The notes beneath the pieces were generated by a model. It made no database searches. It was not told the DNA's origin and worked only from the letters and a program-made list of their open reading frames with translations. A stretch of 64,000 nucleotides of DNA from Methanobacteriota archaeon (GTDB lineage Archaea; Thermoplasmatota; E2; JACPAO01; JAHWKR01), in contig JAHWKR010000012.1 of assembly GCA_019347805.1 (NCBI GenBank), positions 4,473-68,472 on the forward strand. Direction: 5' to 3'. Below are positions 36,888 to 45,845 of this stretch, one piece after another; position 1 is the first letter of the stretch, and each line of letters starts with the position of its first letter. Made by a program: the position numbers and the translations under genes.

Positions 36888-37592
36888 ATGGGACCGGTCT
36901 GTGTGCTCCAAGGCGTCCGCCGTCCGTTCCGCATCGGCGACCGGCGCGTCGCCGCGCTGGACGGGGTCGACCTCGTGGTGCAGGAGGGGGCCCAGGTGGT
37001 GGTGACCGGCCCATCCGGTGCCGGAAAGAGCACGCTCCTGCATGTCCTCGGACTCGTGGACGCCGATTTCGAGGGCACCTACCGGTTCATGGGGCAGGAC
37101 GTCCGTCAGACGACCGAAGCGGAGCGCGGCCGTTGGCGCCTCGGCCGCATCGGCTTCGCCTTCCAGGACCTGCATCTCGTGCCGACCCTGACCGCGATGG
37201 AGAACCTGCTCATCCCGCTCCTTGCCGCCGGGACGTCGCGTGCCGCGGCCGACGACCGCGCACGGGACCTCCTGCTCCAGGCGGGCCTCGGGGACCGCAT
37301 GGACCACCTGCCGACCGAGCTTTCGGGCGGGGAACGGCGCCGGGTGGCGTTCGCGCGTGCCCTCGTCAACAAGCCCCGACTTCTTCTCCTGGACGAGCCG
37401 ACGGCCGAGCTCGACGAGGTGTCGGTGCAAGGGGTCCGGGCATTGTTGGAACGGGCGTCGGCGGAGGGCGCGGCGGTCGTGGCGGTGACCCATGATGCCC
37501 GCCTGGTGGTCGATTTCGCCGAACGCTACCAGATGACCTCAGGCCGCTTGGAGCGCCTTGATATGGCGACCCCTCCGTCCCCTTACGGCTAG
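36888..37592 (+). CDS. ABC transporter ATP-binding protein (LolD/MacB-like)
   Basis: GPSGAGKST, IGFAFQDLHL, ELSGGERRRVAFARAL, LLLDEPT, VTHD. Confidence 0.93.
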   Translation: MGPVCVLQGVRRPFRIGDRRVAALDGVDLVVQEGAQVVVTGPSGAGKSTLLHVLGLVDADFEGTYRFMGQDVRQTTEAERGRWRLGRIGFAFQDLHLVPTLTAMENLLIPLLAAGTSRAAADDRARDLLLQAGLGDRMDHLPTELSGGERRRVAFARALVNKPRLLLLDEPTAELDEVSVQGVRALLERASAEGAAVVAVTHDARLVVDFAERYQMTSGRLERLDMATPPSPYG

Positions 37593-37703
37593 CCCGCCGT
37601 CCCCGTCTCGCTTCACTTGGGTGCTTTCTGGAAGGCCGACGTCGCCGCCCCCGCCCGACATACGAGCCGAACGTTTTTACTCCATCCCGGTGTGGCCGCC
37701 GCC

Positions 37704-39668
37704 GTGCCACCTTCGTGGACACTCGATGACGCAGAGGATCTCTACGGGACCGGACGCTGGGGCGAGGGTTACTTCCGCGTCGGGAACGACGGCCGCCTGC
37801 ATGTCACTCCGACCCGGGACGCCAAGCTTTCGACCTCCATCACCTCCATCATCGAGAGCCTTGTGGCACGGGGGTACGACACCCCCATCTCGCTGCGTTT
37901 CCCCCAGATCCTCGAGGACCGCATCCGCAACATGCACGAGACGTTCCGCGCCTCGATGCAGGAATACGGCTACCAGGGCGACCTGCGACTCGTCTATCCG
38001 ATGAAGGTCAACCAGCGCCGCGAGCTGGTCCTCGAGCTTCTCGATGTCGGGGCCAAGTACCATTATGGTCTCGAGGCGGGCAGCAAGCCAGAGATCCTCG
38101 CTGCCATGGCGTGCGACACCGACCCGAAGTCGCTCCTTGTCATCAACGGCTTCAAGGACGAGGAGTTCATCGAACTGGCGGTCGCCGCCGTAGAACTGGG
38201 CAAGACGGTCATCGTCGTCATGGACAAGGTCGACGAGGCGGAGCTTCTCGTCCGCGTCCTGAAGGACGTCGAGCACAAGCCGTTCATCGGGGTCCGTGTC
38301 AAGCTCCTTGCCAAGGGCGGCGGCAAATGGATCGAGTCGAGCGGCGAGCGCGCCAAGTTCGGCCTCACGGTCCCAGAGGTCGTCCACGCCATGGAAGTGC
38401 TCAAAGCGGGCGGGCTCGCCGACCGCATGAAGATGGTCCACTTCCACATCGGCTCGCAGATCACCGACATCAAGCGCGTCCATGCCGGCGTCGTGGAGGC
38501 GGGTCGCATCTACGCCAGTCTCCGGAAGATGGGCTTCCCGGTCGACACCATCGACACGGGTGGCGGCCTGGGCGTCGACTACGACGGCTCCGGCACCGCG
38601 TCGCAGGCGTCGCGCAACTACGACCTGCGCGAATACACCAACACGATCGTCTATTCGCTGCGCGAGGTCGCCGACGAGGCCGGCGTCCCCCATCCCACGA
38701 TCGTCACCGAATCGGGCCGCGCCGTCGCCGCCTACCAGGGCCTCCTCGCCATGGAGCTCCTCAAGCGCATGCCCGAGGAGCGGCCGCTCAGTGAAGCGGA
38801 ACCCGCCCCTGGCGACCACAAGATCGTCCACGACATGCGCGCCACGTTGGACAACATCACCATCAAGAACTATCCGGAGGCGTACCACGATGCCATCGCG
38901 CTCAAGGACGAGCTCACGCAGCGGTTCAATTTCGGCATGGTGACCCTCGGCGACCGCGGCAAGGCGGAGATCATGTTCCGCCACATCGCCCGCAAGGTGC
39001 TGCACTTCGCCGAGCGCGACGACAACCTCCTGGACGAGTTCCTCGAGCTCAAGAAACTCCTGCAACAGAAATACATCGGCAATTTTTCGCTCTTCCAGAG
39101 CACCCCGGACATCTGGGGCGTCAAGCAGCTTTTCCCCATCATGCCGCTCGACCGGCTGAAGGAACGGCCCACCGAGTTCGGCACCATCGTCGACATCACC
39201 TGCGACAGTGACGGCGAGATCCGCAAGTTCATCGATGTCATGGACGTCAAGGACACGCTCGAGCTGCACGAACTGGACGAGCGGCCCTACTACGTCGGGG
39301 TCTTCCTGACCGGTGCCTACCAGGACACGTTGGGCGATTTCCACAACCTCTTCGGCCGCGTCCACGAGGCCTACGTGCGGGTCACCGAGGACGGTGGCCA
39401 CACGCTCGACAAGTTCGTCGAGGGCGACTCCGTCGAGGAGGTCCTCTGGCTCGTCAACTGGCAGGAAGGGGAGCTCTACGAGCGCATGTGCGACGTCATC
39501 GAGAAGAAGGTCGTCGACGGCCGCATCGCGGCGGACCGGGCCTCCGAGGTCAAGGAGACGTTCAAGGCGGCGCTCGAAGGCTACACCTACCTCGAGAAGG
39601 AGGCGGTCGGGGCGCAGGCCCGGTTGCACGAGCGCATGTTGCCGCCGCGTGGGGCGGAGAGCCGATAG
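37704..39668 (+). CDS. speA: Biosynthetic PLP-dependent arginine decarboxylase (bacterial SpeA type)
   Basis: YPMKVNQ, GLEAGSKPE, HFHIGSQI, ESGRA, NFSLFQSTPDIWG..QLFP, DITCDSDG, GAYQDTLGDFHNLFG. Confidence 0.95.
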   Translation: MPPSWTLDDAEDLYGTGRWGEGYFRVGNDGRLHVTPTRDAKLSTSITSIIESLVARGYDTPISLRFPQILEDRIRNMHETFRASMQEYGYQGDLRLVYPMKVNQRRELVLELLDVGAKYHYGLEAGSKPEILAAMACDTDPKSLLVINGFKDEEFIELAVAAVELGKTVIVVMDKVDEAELLVRVLKDVEHKPFIGVRVKLLAKGGGKWIESSGERAKFGLTVPEVVHAMEVLKAGGLADRMKMVHFHIGSQITDIKRVHAGVVEAGRIYASLRKMGFPVDTIDTGGGLGVDYDGSGTASQASRNYDLREYTNTIVYSLREVADEAGVPHPTIVTESGRAVAAYQGLLAMELLKRMPEERPLSEAEPAPGDHKIVHDMRATLDNITIKNYPEAYHDAIALKDELTQRFNFGMVTLGDRGKAEIMFRHIARKVLHFAERDDNLLDEFLELKKLLQQKYIGNFSLFQSTPDIWGVKQLFPIMPLDRLKERPTEFGTIVDITCDSDGEIRKFIDVMDVKDTLELHELDERPYYVGVFLTGAYQDTLGDFHNLFGRVHEAYVRVTEDGGHTLDKFVEGDSVEEVLWLVNWQEGELYERMCDVIEKKVVDGRIAADRASEVKETFKAALEGYTYLEKEAVGAQARLHERMLPPRGAESR

Positions 39669-39785
39669 GAGCCCCGGCCCGGCAGCATCGTCCACCGGCA
39701 TCCGCCCAACCCTTATACCGCACGAGCGGTTCGGCCTCGCTTGTCCCGTCCCCCTTGGGGTGGCGGTCCCTTCGAGGGAACCTTG

Positions 39786-41237
39786 ATGGCGGAACTGGAG
39801 AGCGAGCAGTCGAAGTCGGTGCCTGTGAAGAAGTCCGAGGACTTCATGGGTTGGTACAACGAGATCGTCGAGCGTGCGGACCTCGCCGACAAACGCTATC
39901 CCATCAAGGGCATGAACATCTGGCGGCCCTACGGCTGGTCGATCATGATGCGCGTCGACGGCCTGACCCGCGCCGAGATGGAACGGACGGGGCATGACGA
40001 GGTGCAGTTCCCGCTGCTCATCCCGGAGCATCTTTTCAACAAGGAGGCGGACCACATCAAGGGGTTCGGCGGCGAGGTGTTCTGGGTCACCCATGCCGGC
40101 CACAACAAGCTCGACGAGCGCTGGTTGCTGCGGCCGACCTCGGAGACGGCGATGTACGAGATCTTCGGGCTCTGGGTGCGCAGCCATGCCGACCTGCCGC
40201 TTCGGGTCTTCCAGATCTGCAACACGTTCCGCTACGAGACGAAGCAGACGCGGGCCTTCATGCGGGTGCGCGAGATCCATTTCTTCGAGGACCATTCCTG
40301 TTTCGCGACCTATGAGGAGGCGGAGGCGCACGTCGAGGAGGACCTCGCCATCGCGACCAACATCTTCAAGCGCCTCGGCCTGCCGGTGCTGATGTCCAAG
40401 CGCCCCGAGTGGGACAAGTTCGCGGGCGCCCACTATTCGGTCGGCCTCGATGTCATCATGCCGTCCGGCCGGACGCTGCAACTCGGCTCGGTGCACCAGT
40501 ACCGCACCAATTTCAGCATCCCCTATGAAATCACCTACGAGAAGGAGGACGGCACGCACGAGCATGTCCACCAGACCACCTACGGCATGAGCGAACGGGT
40601 GGTCGGTGCGGTCATCGGTGCCCATGGCGACGACCGCGGCATCGTCCTGCCTCCCGCCGTCGCACCGGTCCAGGTGGTCGTCGTGCCCATCCCGTTCAAG
40701 GGCAAGGAGGAGCTCGTGCTCGAGGCGGCCCAGGCGGTCACCGAGCGCCTGCGAGAAGCGGGCGTGCGGGTCAAGCTCGACGACGCCGAGGAGACGCCGG
40801 GCTCGAAATACTTCAAATGGGAACTGAAGGGCGTGCCACTGCGCGTCGAGATCGGCCCGCGCGACATCGACGGCGGGCACGTCATGGTCGCCCTGCGCCA
40901 CCTCGAGAAGGTCAAGGAGAAGGTGCCGCTCGGGGAACTCGAAGGCGGCGTCATCGGCCTCTTGGACCGCGTCGAGACGGAACTGATGGAACGCCAGCAG
41001 GCGTTCGCCGAGGAGCGGACGATCGAGATCGGCGACATCGCCGAAGGCAAGGACAAGGCGGGCGTGCTGGTCGGCGCCTGGTGTGGGCAAGACGCCTGCG
41101 CCACCGAGGTCGAGACGACACTGAACGTGAAGACGCTCGGCGTGCCGGTCGATTCGGAGCCGGACGCGTCCGAGGATTCCTGTGTCACCTGCGGCGGGCC
41201 GGCCAAGCATTGGGTGCGCTGGGCAGCCACCTACTGA
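39786..41237 (+). CDS. proS: Prolyl-tRNA synthetase (archaeal/eukaryotic type)
   Basis: LRPTSETAMY, FRYETK, REIHFFEDH, HQTTYGMSER, WELKGVPLRVEIGPRD; C-terminal Zn Cys. Confidence 0.97.
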   Translation: MAELESEQSKSVPVKKSEDFMGWYNEIVERADLADKRYPIKGMNIWRPYGWSIMMRVDGLTRAEMERTGHDEVQFPLLIPEHLFNKEADHIKGFGGEVFWVTHAGHNKLDERWLLRPTSETAMYEIFGLWVRSHADLPLRVFQICNTFRYETKQTRAFMRVREIHFFEDHSCFATYEEAEAHVEEDLAIATNIFKRLGLPVLMSKRPEWDKFAGAHYSVGLDVIMPSGRTLQLGSVHQYRTNFSIPYEITYEKEDGTHEHVHQTTYGMSERVVGAVIGAHGDDRGIVLPPAVAPVQVVVVPIPFKGKEELVLEAAQAVTERLREAGVRVKLDDAEETPGSKYFKWELKGVPLRVEIGPRDIDGGHVMVALRHLEKVKEKVPLGELEGGVIGLLDRVETELMERQQAFAEERTIEIGDIAEGKDKAGVLVGAWCGQDACATEVETTLNVKTLGVPVDSEPDASEDSCVTCGGPAKHWVRWAATY

Positions 41238-41252
41238 TGGCGTCGCTCGATC

Positions 41253-41453
41253 CTAAGACTTGATCGCGCAACCGTTGCAGGCGTAGGCGTAGCTCCCGTC
41301 GTAGAGCCGGACGACGCGCGCCACGTCAGTGGTGTGTCCGCAATAGGTGCAGGACCGCTCGGGGTCGAGGTGCACTTCGTCGCCTTCGAGCAGGGCGGGG
41401 GGTACGGGATCACTGAGGACGACGCGTCCTTCTGTATCGGTCGTCGCTTCCAT
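41253..41453 (-). CDS. Small zinc-ribbon protein
   Basis: 66 aa, CTYC...CNGC. Confidence 0.65.
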   Translation of the reverse strand: MEATTDTEGRVVLSDPVPPALLEGDEVHLDPERSCTYCGHTTDVARVVRLYDGSYAYACNGCAIKS

Positions 41454-41574
41454 ATGCCGACGATACGCGTTCCGGGTTATTGGACCCTTCTCTGGACCGG
41501 GCTTGACAGACCGACCCGCCTTATATCGGACCAGACCCCAATGCTCTTGTGCCGCCTTCTTCTCGCCGCCGTCC

Positions 41575-42390
41575 GTGGCAGCACCACGGGTCGTCCTCGT
41601 CGACCCTCTCTATGAAGGAAACGTCGGGCAGGTCGCCCGGTCGATGATGAACTTCGGCTGCAGCGAACTCGCCATCGTGAAGGGCACGCACATCACGGAC
41701 GTCGCCCGCGACCGGGCGGTGCACGCCCAGGTCATACTGGACAACGCGATGCGGGTGCAGACGTTCGACGAGGCGACCCAGGGTTGCGACCTGGTGGTCG
41801 GCTTCACCGCGCGATTGACCGGCCTGGAGCGCAAGTATCGGCGCAACCCGGTCGACCTGCGCGACTGGGCGCCGGAAGCGGTCACCCATCCAGGCCATAT
41901 CGCCCTCGTCTTCGGCCGCGAGGACCGGGGCCTCACGAACGAACAGGCGGACCGCTGCCACGTGCTCGCTTCGATCCCGACCGACGAGGCGTACCGCTCG
42001 ATGAACCTGGCGCACGCCGTCACGGTGGCGCTTTGGACGCTCTATGCCGAGCGGCGCGAGGAACGGGTCAAGGAGTACACCCCCGCCACCTTGGAGCAGA
42101 TCGAGCGTGCCAACGAGATGTTCGGCGAGATGCTCGCGCACGGTGCCTATCCGGCGCACAAGATCGAGGCGACGCGGACGATGTTCCGCCGGCTCTTGGG
42201 CCGTGCCCGGCCGACGACCTGGGAGGCGTCGACCTTGATGGGGGTCTTCAAGCGGGTGCTCTGGTCGCTCGGCGTGCGCCGGACACGGGGGCCCATGGAG
42301 TTGCCGCCGGAGGAACGTGGGGACCTGGAGCCGTTCCCGAGGAAAGTCGAGGACGAGCCGGACCGAAGTCCGCTCGACCCGGAGGCGTGA
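41575..42390 (+). CDS. trmJ: SPOUT RNA methyltransferase (TrmJ/TrmH family)
   Basis: VVLVDPLYEGNVGQVARSMMNFG, VFGREDRGLTN, SMNLAHAV. Confidence 0.9.
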   Translation: MAAPRVVLVDPLYEGNVGQVARSMMNFGCSELAIVKGTHITDVARDRAVHAQVILDNAMRVQTFDEATQGCDLVVGFTARLTGLERKYRRNPVDLRDWAPEAVTHPGHIALVFGREDRGLTNEQADRCHVLASIPTDEAYRSMNLAHAVTVALWTLYAERREERVKEYTPATLEQIERANEMFGEMLAHGAYPAHKIEATRTMFRRLLGRARPTTWEASTLMGVFKRVLWSLGVRRTRGPMELPPEERGDLEPFPRKVEDEPDRSPLDPEA

Positions 42391-42392
42391 AC

Positions 42393-43046
42393 ATGTCGTC
42401 GGCGGTCATCCATCTCACCATTCCCGCCTTGCTCATCATGGCGACGGGGATGTTCCCGCGCAAGGATGTCTTGAAATGGTTGCCGTTCGCCGTCCTCTCG
42501 GATCTCGATTTCATCTTCAATTTCTTTGGCTATTATGTCTTGGGGAGCGACCTGTTGCTGCATCGTGCCGTTGGGCACACCGCGTTCATCGGCCTCCCGA
42601 CGGCGATCCTCTGGTTCGTCCTCTGGCGCCGGATGATGAAGCGCGACCCGGAGTTGCATTGGGCGAGCTTCCGTGACAAGTGGTCGGCGTTCGGCCATGT
42701 CCGCTGGGGCTACCCCGCGGTCCTGATGACGCTCTATCTTGAGAGCCACGTCGTCCTCGACATGTTCCAGGGCGGCGTGACGTTGCTGTGGCCGCTTCTC
42801 AACGTCTATGTCTATCCGCGCATCATCGTCTGGTTCAACACCGAGACCGGCGCGTTCCTTCTGGAGCCCGAGGTGCAGACCGGCTCGGGGGCCCCCGCGC
42901 TCTCGCCGCTTTACCCGGCCATCACGCCGGAAGAGGTGGGCATCGTCCTCTTGTCGCTCATCGCCGCCCTCGCCGCGCTCTATTTCGAGTACCGCGCCGG
43001 GCGGGAACCGGAACCGCTCGTGATGCGGCTCGAAGACGAAGAGTGA
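42393..43046 (+). CDS. Membrane-bound metal-dependent hydrolase (YdjM-like)
   Basis: IH, SDLD, HRAVGHT, SHVVLD, WP motifs. Confidence 0.8.
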   Translation: MSSAVIHLTIPALLIMATGMFPRKDVLKWLPFAVLSDLDFIFNFFGYYVLGSDLLLHRAVGHTAFIGLPTAILWFVLWRRMMKRDPELHWASFRDKWSAFGHVRWGYPAVLMTLYLESHVVLDMFQGGVTLLWPLLNVYVYPRIIVWFNTETGAFLLEPEVQTGSGAPALSPLYPAITPEEVGIVLLSLIAALAALYFEYRAGREPEPLVMRLEDEE

Positions 43047-43129
43047 GACCAAGGCCCCACACCCGCTGAGCGCCGCTCATCCGACGGAACCCGCCCCCGT
43101 CGTGGACGGTGTCGCCACCCCGTCACCGA

Positions 43130-44449
43130 ATGGTTTTTCATCGGCCCTGGGGTCCGGCCCGCGTGGCCGACCGACCGCCGAAGAAGGGCATCCGCAGATT
43201 GAGCCCCGTCGGCAAGCCCCCGCGGCCCGGCCGCAAGGAAGCGCCTCCACCGCGCGGCCGTCCCGCTGAGGAACGCCCGAAGGCCGAGCAGACGGCTCCG
43301 AAGCGCTCCGAAGCACCACGCAAAAGTGGCGGCGGAGCCCCCTATGGCAAAGGCCCCGGCGGCAAGCGCGGCAAGGGCGGAAAAGGGGGCGGCCGTGGCC
43401 CTCCGCGCGATTTCGACGCGGTCGCGGAGACGATGCCACCGGAGCCGCTCCCGATCCTCGCGCCCAAGGAGCGGCGCATGCGTGTCTTCCGCAGTGCGCG
43501 CACCGACGACGCCTACGGCAAGGCGCCGGAGGACCGCACCGTCGAGGAGCTCATGCGTTTCGGCGTCATCATCCTCGACAAGACGCAGGGCCCGACGAGC
43601 CACCAGGTGGTCGCCTGGGTCCGTGACGCGCTTGGCATCGAGAAGATCGGCCACGGCGGGACCTTGGACCCGAAGGTCTCCGGTGTCCTCCCGACCCTTT
43701 TGGGGGAGGCCACGAAAGTGGTGAAACCGCTCCAAGGTGTGGGGAAGGAATACATCGCCGTCATGCGGCTGCATGGCGATGCGCCCGAGGAGAAGATCCG
43801 TGCCGAGGCGCGGCGCTTCATCGGCAAGGTGCGCCAGGTGCCCCCGGTGCGAAGCGCGGTCGCCAGACGACAACGTGTCCGCCGCATCTACGACCTCGAG
43901 GTGCTGCAGATCGACGGCCGCGACGTCCTCTTGCGGGTCACCTGCGAAGGCGGGACCTACATCCGCAACCTCTGTGTCGACCTCGGAAAGGCCATCGGGG
44001 TCCGGGGCCACATGGCCGAACTGCGCCGCACCCGGACCGGTCTTTTCAATGAGGACGAGGCGATCTCCCTGCATGACCTCATCGACGCATTGCAGTTCTG
44101 GCGTGAGGACAACGACCAGACACCCATCCGCTCCTGCATCCTCCCCTACGAACGTGCCATCGCCCATCTGCCCCGCGTCATCGTGCGCGACTCGGCGGTC
44201 GACGCGGTCTGCCATGGCGCCGAACTGGCCGCACCCGGGATCGTCGCCATGGAGGAGGGCATTCAGAAAGGCGACGGGGTCGCCCTCTACACGCTGAAAG
44301 GCGAGGCGCTGGCCCTCGGGGACGCCGTCATGGCCACCGGGGACGCGGAACGCGCCGAATCGGGGATCGTCATCAAGCCGAGCCGGGTCCTTCTGCCCGC
44401 CGGCACCTATCCATCGGTGTGGAAGGGACGCATGGCCGTGGGTGGGTAA
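43130..44449 (+). CDS. cbf5: RNA-guided pseudouridine synthase Cbf5 with basic N-terminal extension
   Basis: DKTQGPTSHQV, GHGGTLDPKVSG, CEGGTYIR, MAELRRTR, PUA domain. Start uncertain. Confidence 0.95.
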   Translation: MVFHRPWGPARVADRPPKKGIRRLSPVGKPPRPGRKEAPPPRGRPAEERPKAEQTAPKRSEAPRKSGGGAPYGKGPGGKRGKGGKGGGRGPPRDFDAVAETMPPEPLPILAPKERRMRVFRSARTDDAYGKAPEDRTVEELMRFGVIILDKTQGPTSHQVVAWVRDALGIEKIGHGGTLDPKVSGVLPTLLGEATKVVKPLQGVGKEYIAVMRLHGDAPEEKIRAEARRFIGKVRQVPPVRSAVARRQRVRRIYDLEVLQIDGRDVLLRVTCEGGTYIRNLCVDLGKAIGVRGHMAELRRTRTGLFNEDEAISLHDLIDALQFWREDNDQTPIRSCILPYERAIAHLPRVIVRDSAVDAVCHGAELAAPGIVAMEEGIQKGDGVALYTLKGEALALGDAVMATGDAERAESGIVIKPSRVLLPAGTYPSVWKGRMAVGG

Positions 44450-44766
44450 TCGATCCACGGGATGTCGAGGTCGGGATGGCTCGGCTCCTCGTCCTCGTCC
44501 GCTTCCGCGTCAGGGCTGCAGCGCAGGCAGAGTCCGTACATGACGCGCTGGTGCCGGCTGCACATCGGGTCGCCACAGCGCAGACAGGTCGCTTCCGATG
44601 GCCGGGCGCACGACTTGCAGGGGTCGCGCCCGGCGACGCCGAGCTGGCCGTCCTCATGGCCCTCACCCGTGGCCGTCTGTTCACTGGCCCATTCTTCGAG
44701 GTCGCGGTTCATCGGACGCGGGTCGGGCAGGTCGAGGAGCTCGAGGACATCGACGCCCATGGTCAC
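44407..44766 (-). CDS. Small Cys-rich (B-box-like) zinc-finger protein
   Basis: CKSC-x7-CLRC-x4-CSRH-x7-CLRC; GTGA-coupled to carS; 3' end overlaps cbf5. Confidence 0.7.
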   Translation of the reverse strand: MTMGVDVLELLDLPDPRPMNRDLEEWASEQTATGEGHEDGQLGVAGRDPCKSCARPSEATCLRCGDPMCSRHQRVMYGLCLRCSPDAEADEDEEPSHPDLDIPWIDYPPTAMRPFHTDG

Positions 44767-45368
44767 CACGGGACCTCTTTCAGGCCGAGCCAGTAGCCGA
44801 TGACGTTCACGAGCCAATGGAGGAGGGGAGTGACCACGATCAGGGTCGGTGGGATCCACCACATGTGGACGAACCAGGTCTCGGCCCACTGGAACGACGG
44901 GTCGATGGCGCCAAGGAGGAGACCTGTGAGGAAAGCGAAGAGAAGGCCTCCCACGACGAAGTCGAGCTGGTCGGGACCGATCCACGGGGCACCACGTGGC
45001 CGTCCGCTCTTTCGCTTGAAGTATGATTTCACCGCGTCGCCGACGAGCGCTCCGAGGCCGAACATGAAGCCGATCGCGAGCGGGGCGAGGATCGAGCCCC
45101 AGGAGGCGCGACCGAAATCGGTGACCAGGTCCCACGGCCGGAAGGATTGCAGGAGCGCGACCAACGCGGCCACCACCGCGCCACCGATGAGGCCCCGCCA
45201 GGTCTTGCCGTCACCGAGGAGACGGGTGCCGTCGCCCCGTGCACGTCCGCCGTCGATCGGGGCGTCCCACTTCGGGAAGATCTTCGCCAGGAAGACCGGG
45301 GCCATGTTGGCGACATAGGCAGGCAGGAAGAGCCACAACGCCTGGACCACGAAGTAGGGAGAGAACAC
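44763..45368 (-). CDS. carS: CDP-archaeol synthase
   Basis: LPAYVANMAPV, PIDGG, LGDGKTWRG, GDAVKSYFKR, DQLDF. Confidence 0.93.
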   Translation of the reverse strand: MFSPYFVVQALWLFLPAYVANMAPVFLAKIFPKWDAPIDGGRARGDGTRLLGDGKTWRGLIGGAVVAALVALLQSFRPWDLVTDFGRASWGSILAPLAIGFMFGLGALVGDAVKSYFKRKSGRPRGAPWIGPDQLDFVVGGLLFAFLTGLLLGAIDPSFQWAETWFVHMWWIPPTLIVVTPLLHWLVNVIGYWLGLKEVPW

Positions 45369-45405
45369 GCTGGGCCTCGGGAGGTGGGGGGGTGTGAAAA
45401 ACCTA

Positions 45406-45450
45406 GGGGGAGGGGAGTGCGAGGGGAGGGGCCAAGCCCCCTCCCCTCGC
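45406..45450. repeat. Perfect 13-bp inverted repeat with overlapping G-quadruplex motif
   Basis: GCGAGGGGAGGGG-ccaagc-CCCCTCCCCTCGC (45419-45450); G5-A-G4-AGTGCGA-G4-A-G4 (45406-45431). Confidence 0.8.
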
Positions 45451-45845
45451 GTATGATGGTGCGTCGACGTCGACGATGAAAATACCCATTCTAACTTTTC
45501 GCGAGTCCCTTCTCACCCTCCTCGACTGACCATTCCGTCCGACCACTGGTGACTGGCCGGTCCGGTCGGCCTTTGTATCCCTGCTACAAGCGTTCTAATA
45601 CTGGGCCCAAAGACAGTCGGTGTTCGCTTGCCTTGGGCTCGGCCACGCCGGGTCCGGGGGAGGCGATGCACCATGCGACCAATATTGGGGACCGCCCTGA
45701 ACGTCTTCCTTCCACCCGCCCTCGACCGCTCGGGAAGCCCGAGCGGACTTGGGGCACGGGTCCATGGAGGGAACAAGGCCCTCGGGCCAGCAGCGGCAGG
45801 CCCTAATAAACCGTCACGCGACATGGTCAAAATGGGGTAACCGTA

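Noticed and set aside
37677-41210. 1177-aa minus-strand ORF
   Set aside because: Antisense shadow of speA and proS caused by GC3-rich codon usage; no motifs.
42335-42350. GAGGAAAGTC resembling the RNase P RNA P4 motif
   Set aside because: Lies inside the trmJ coding sequence, lacks the following CC and has no partner strand.
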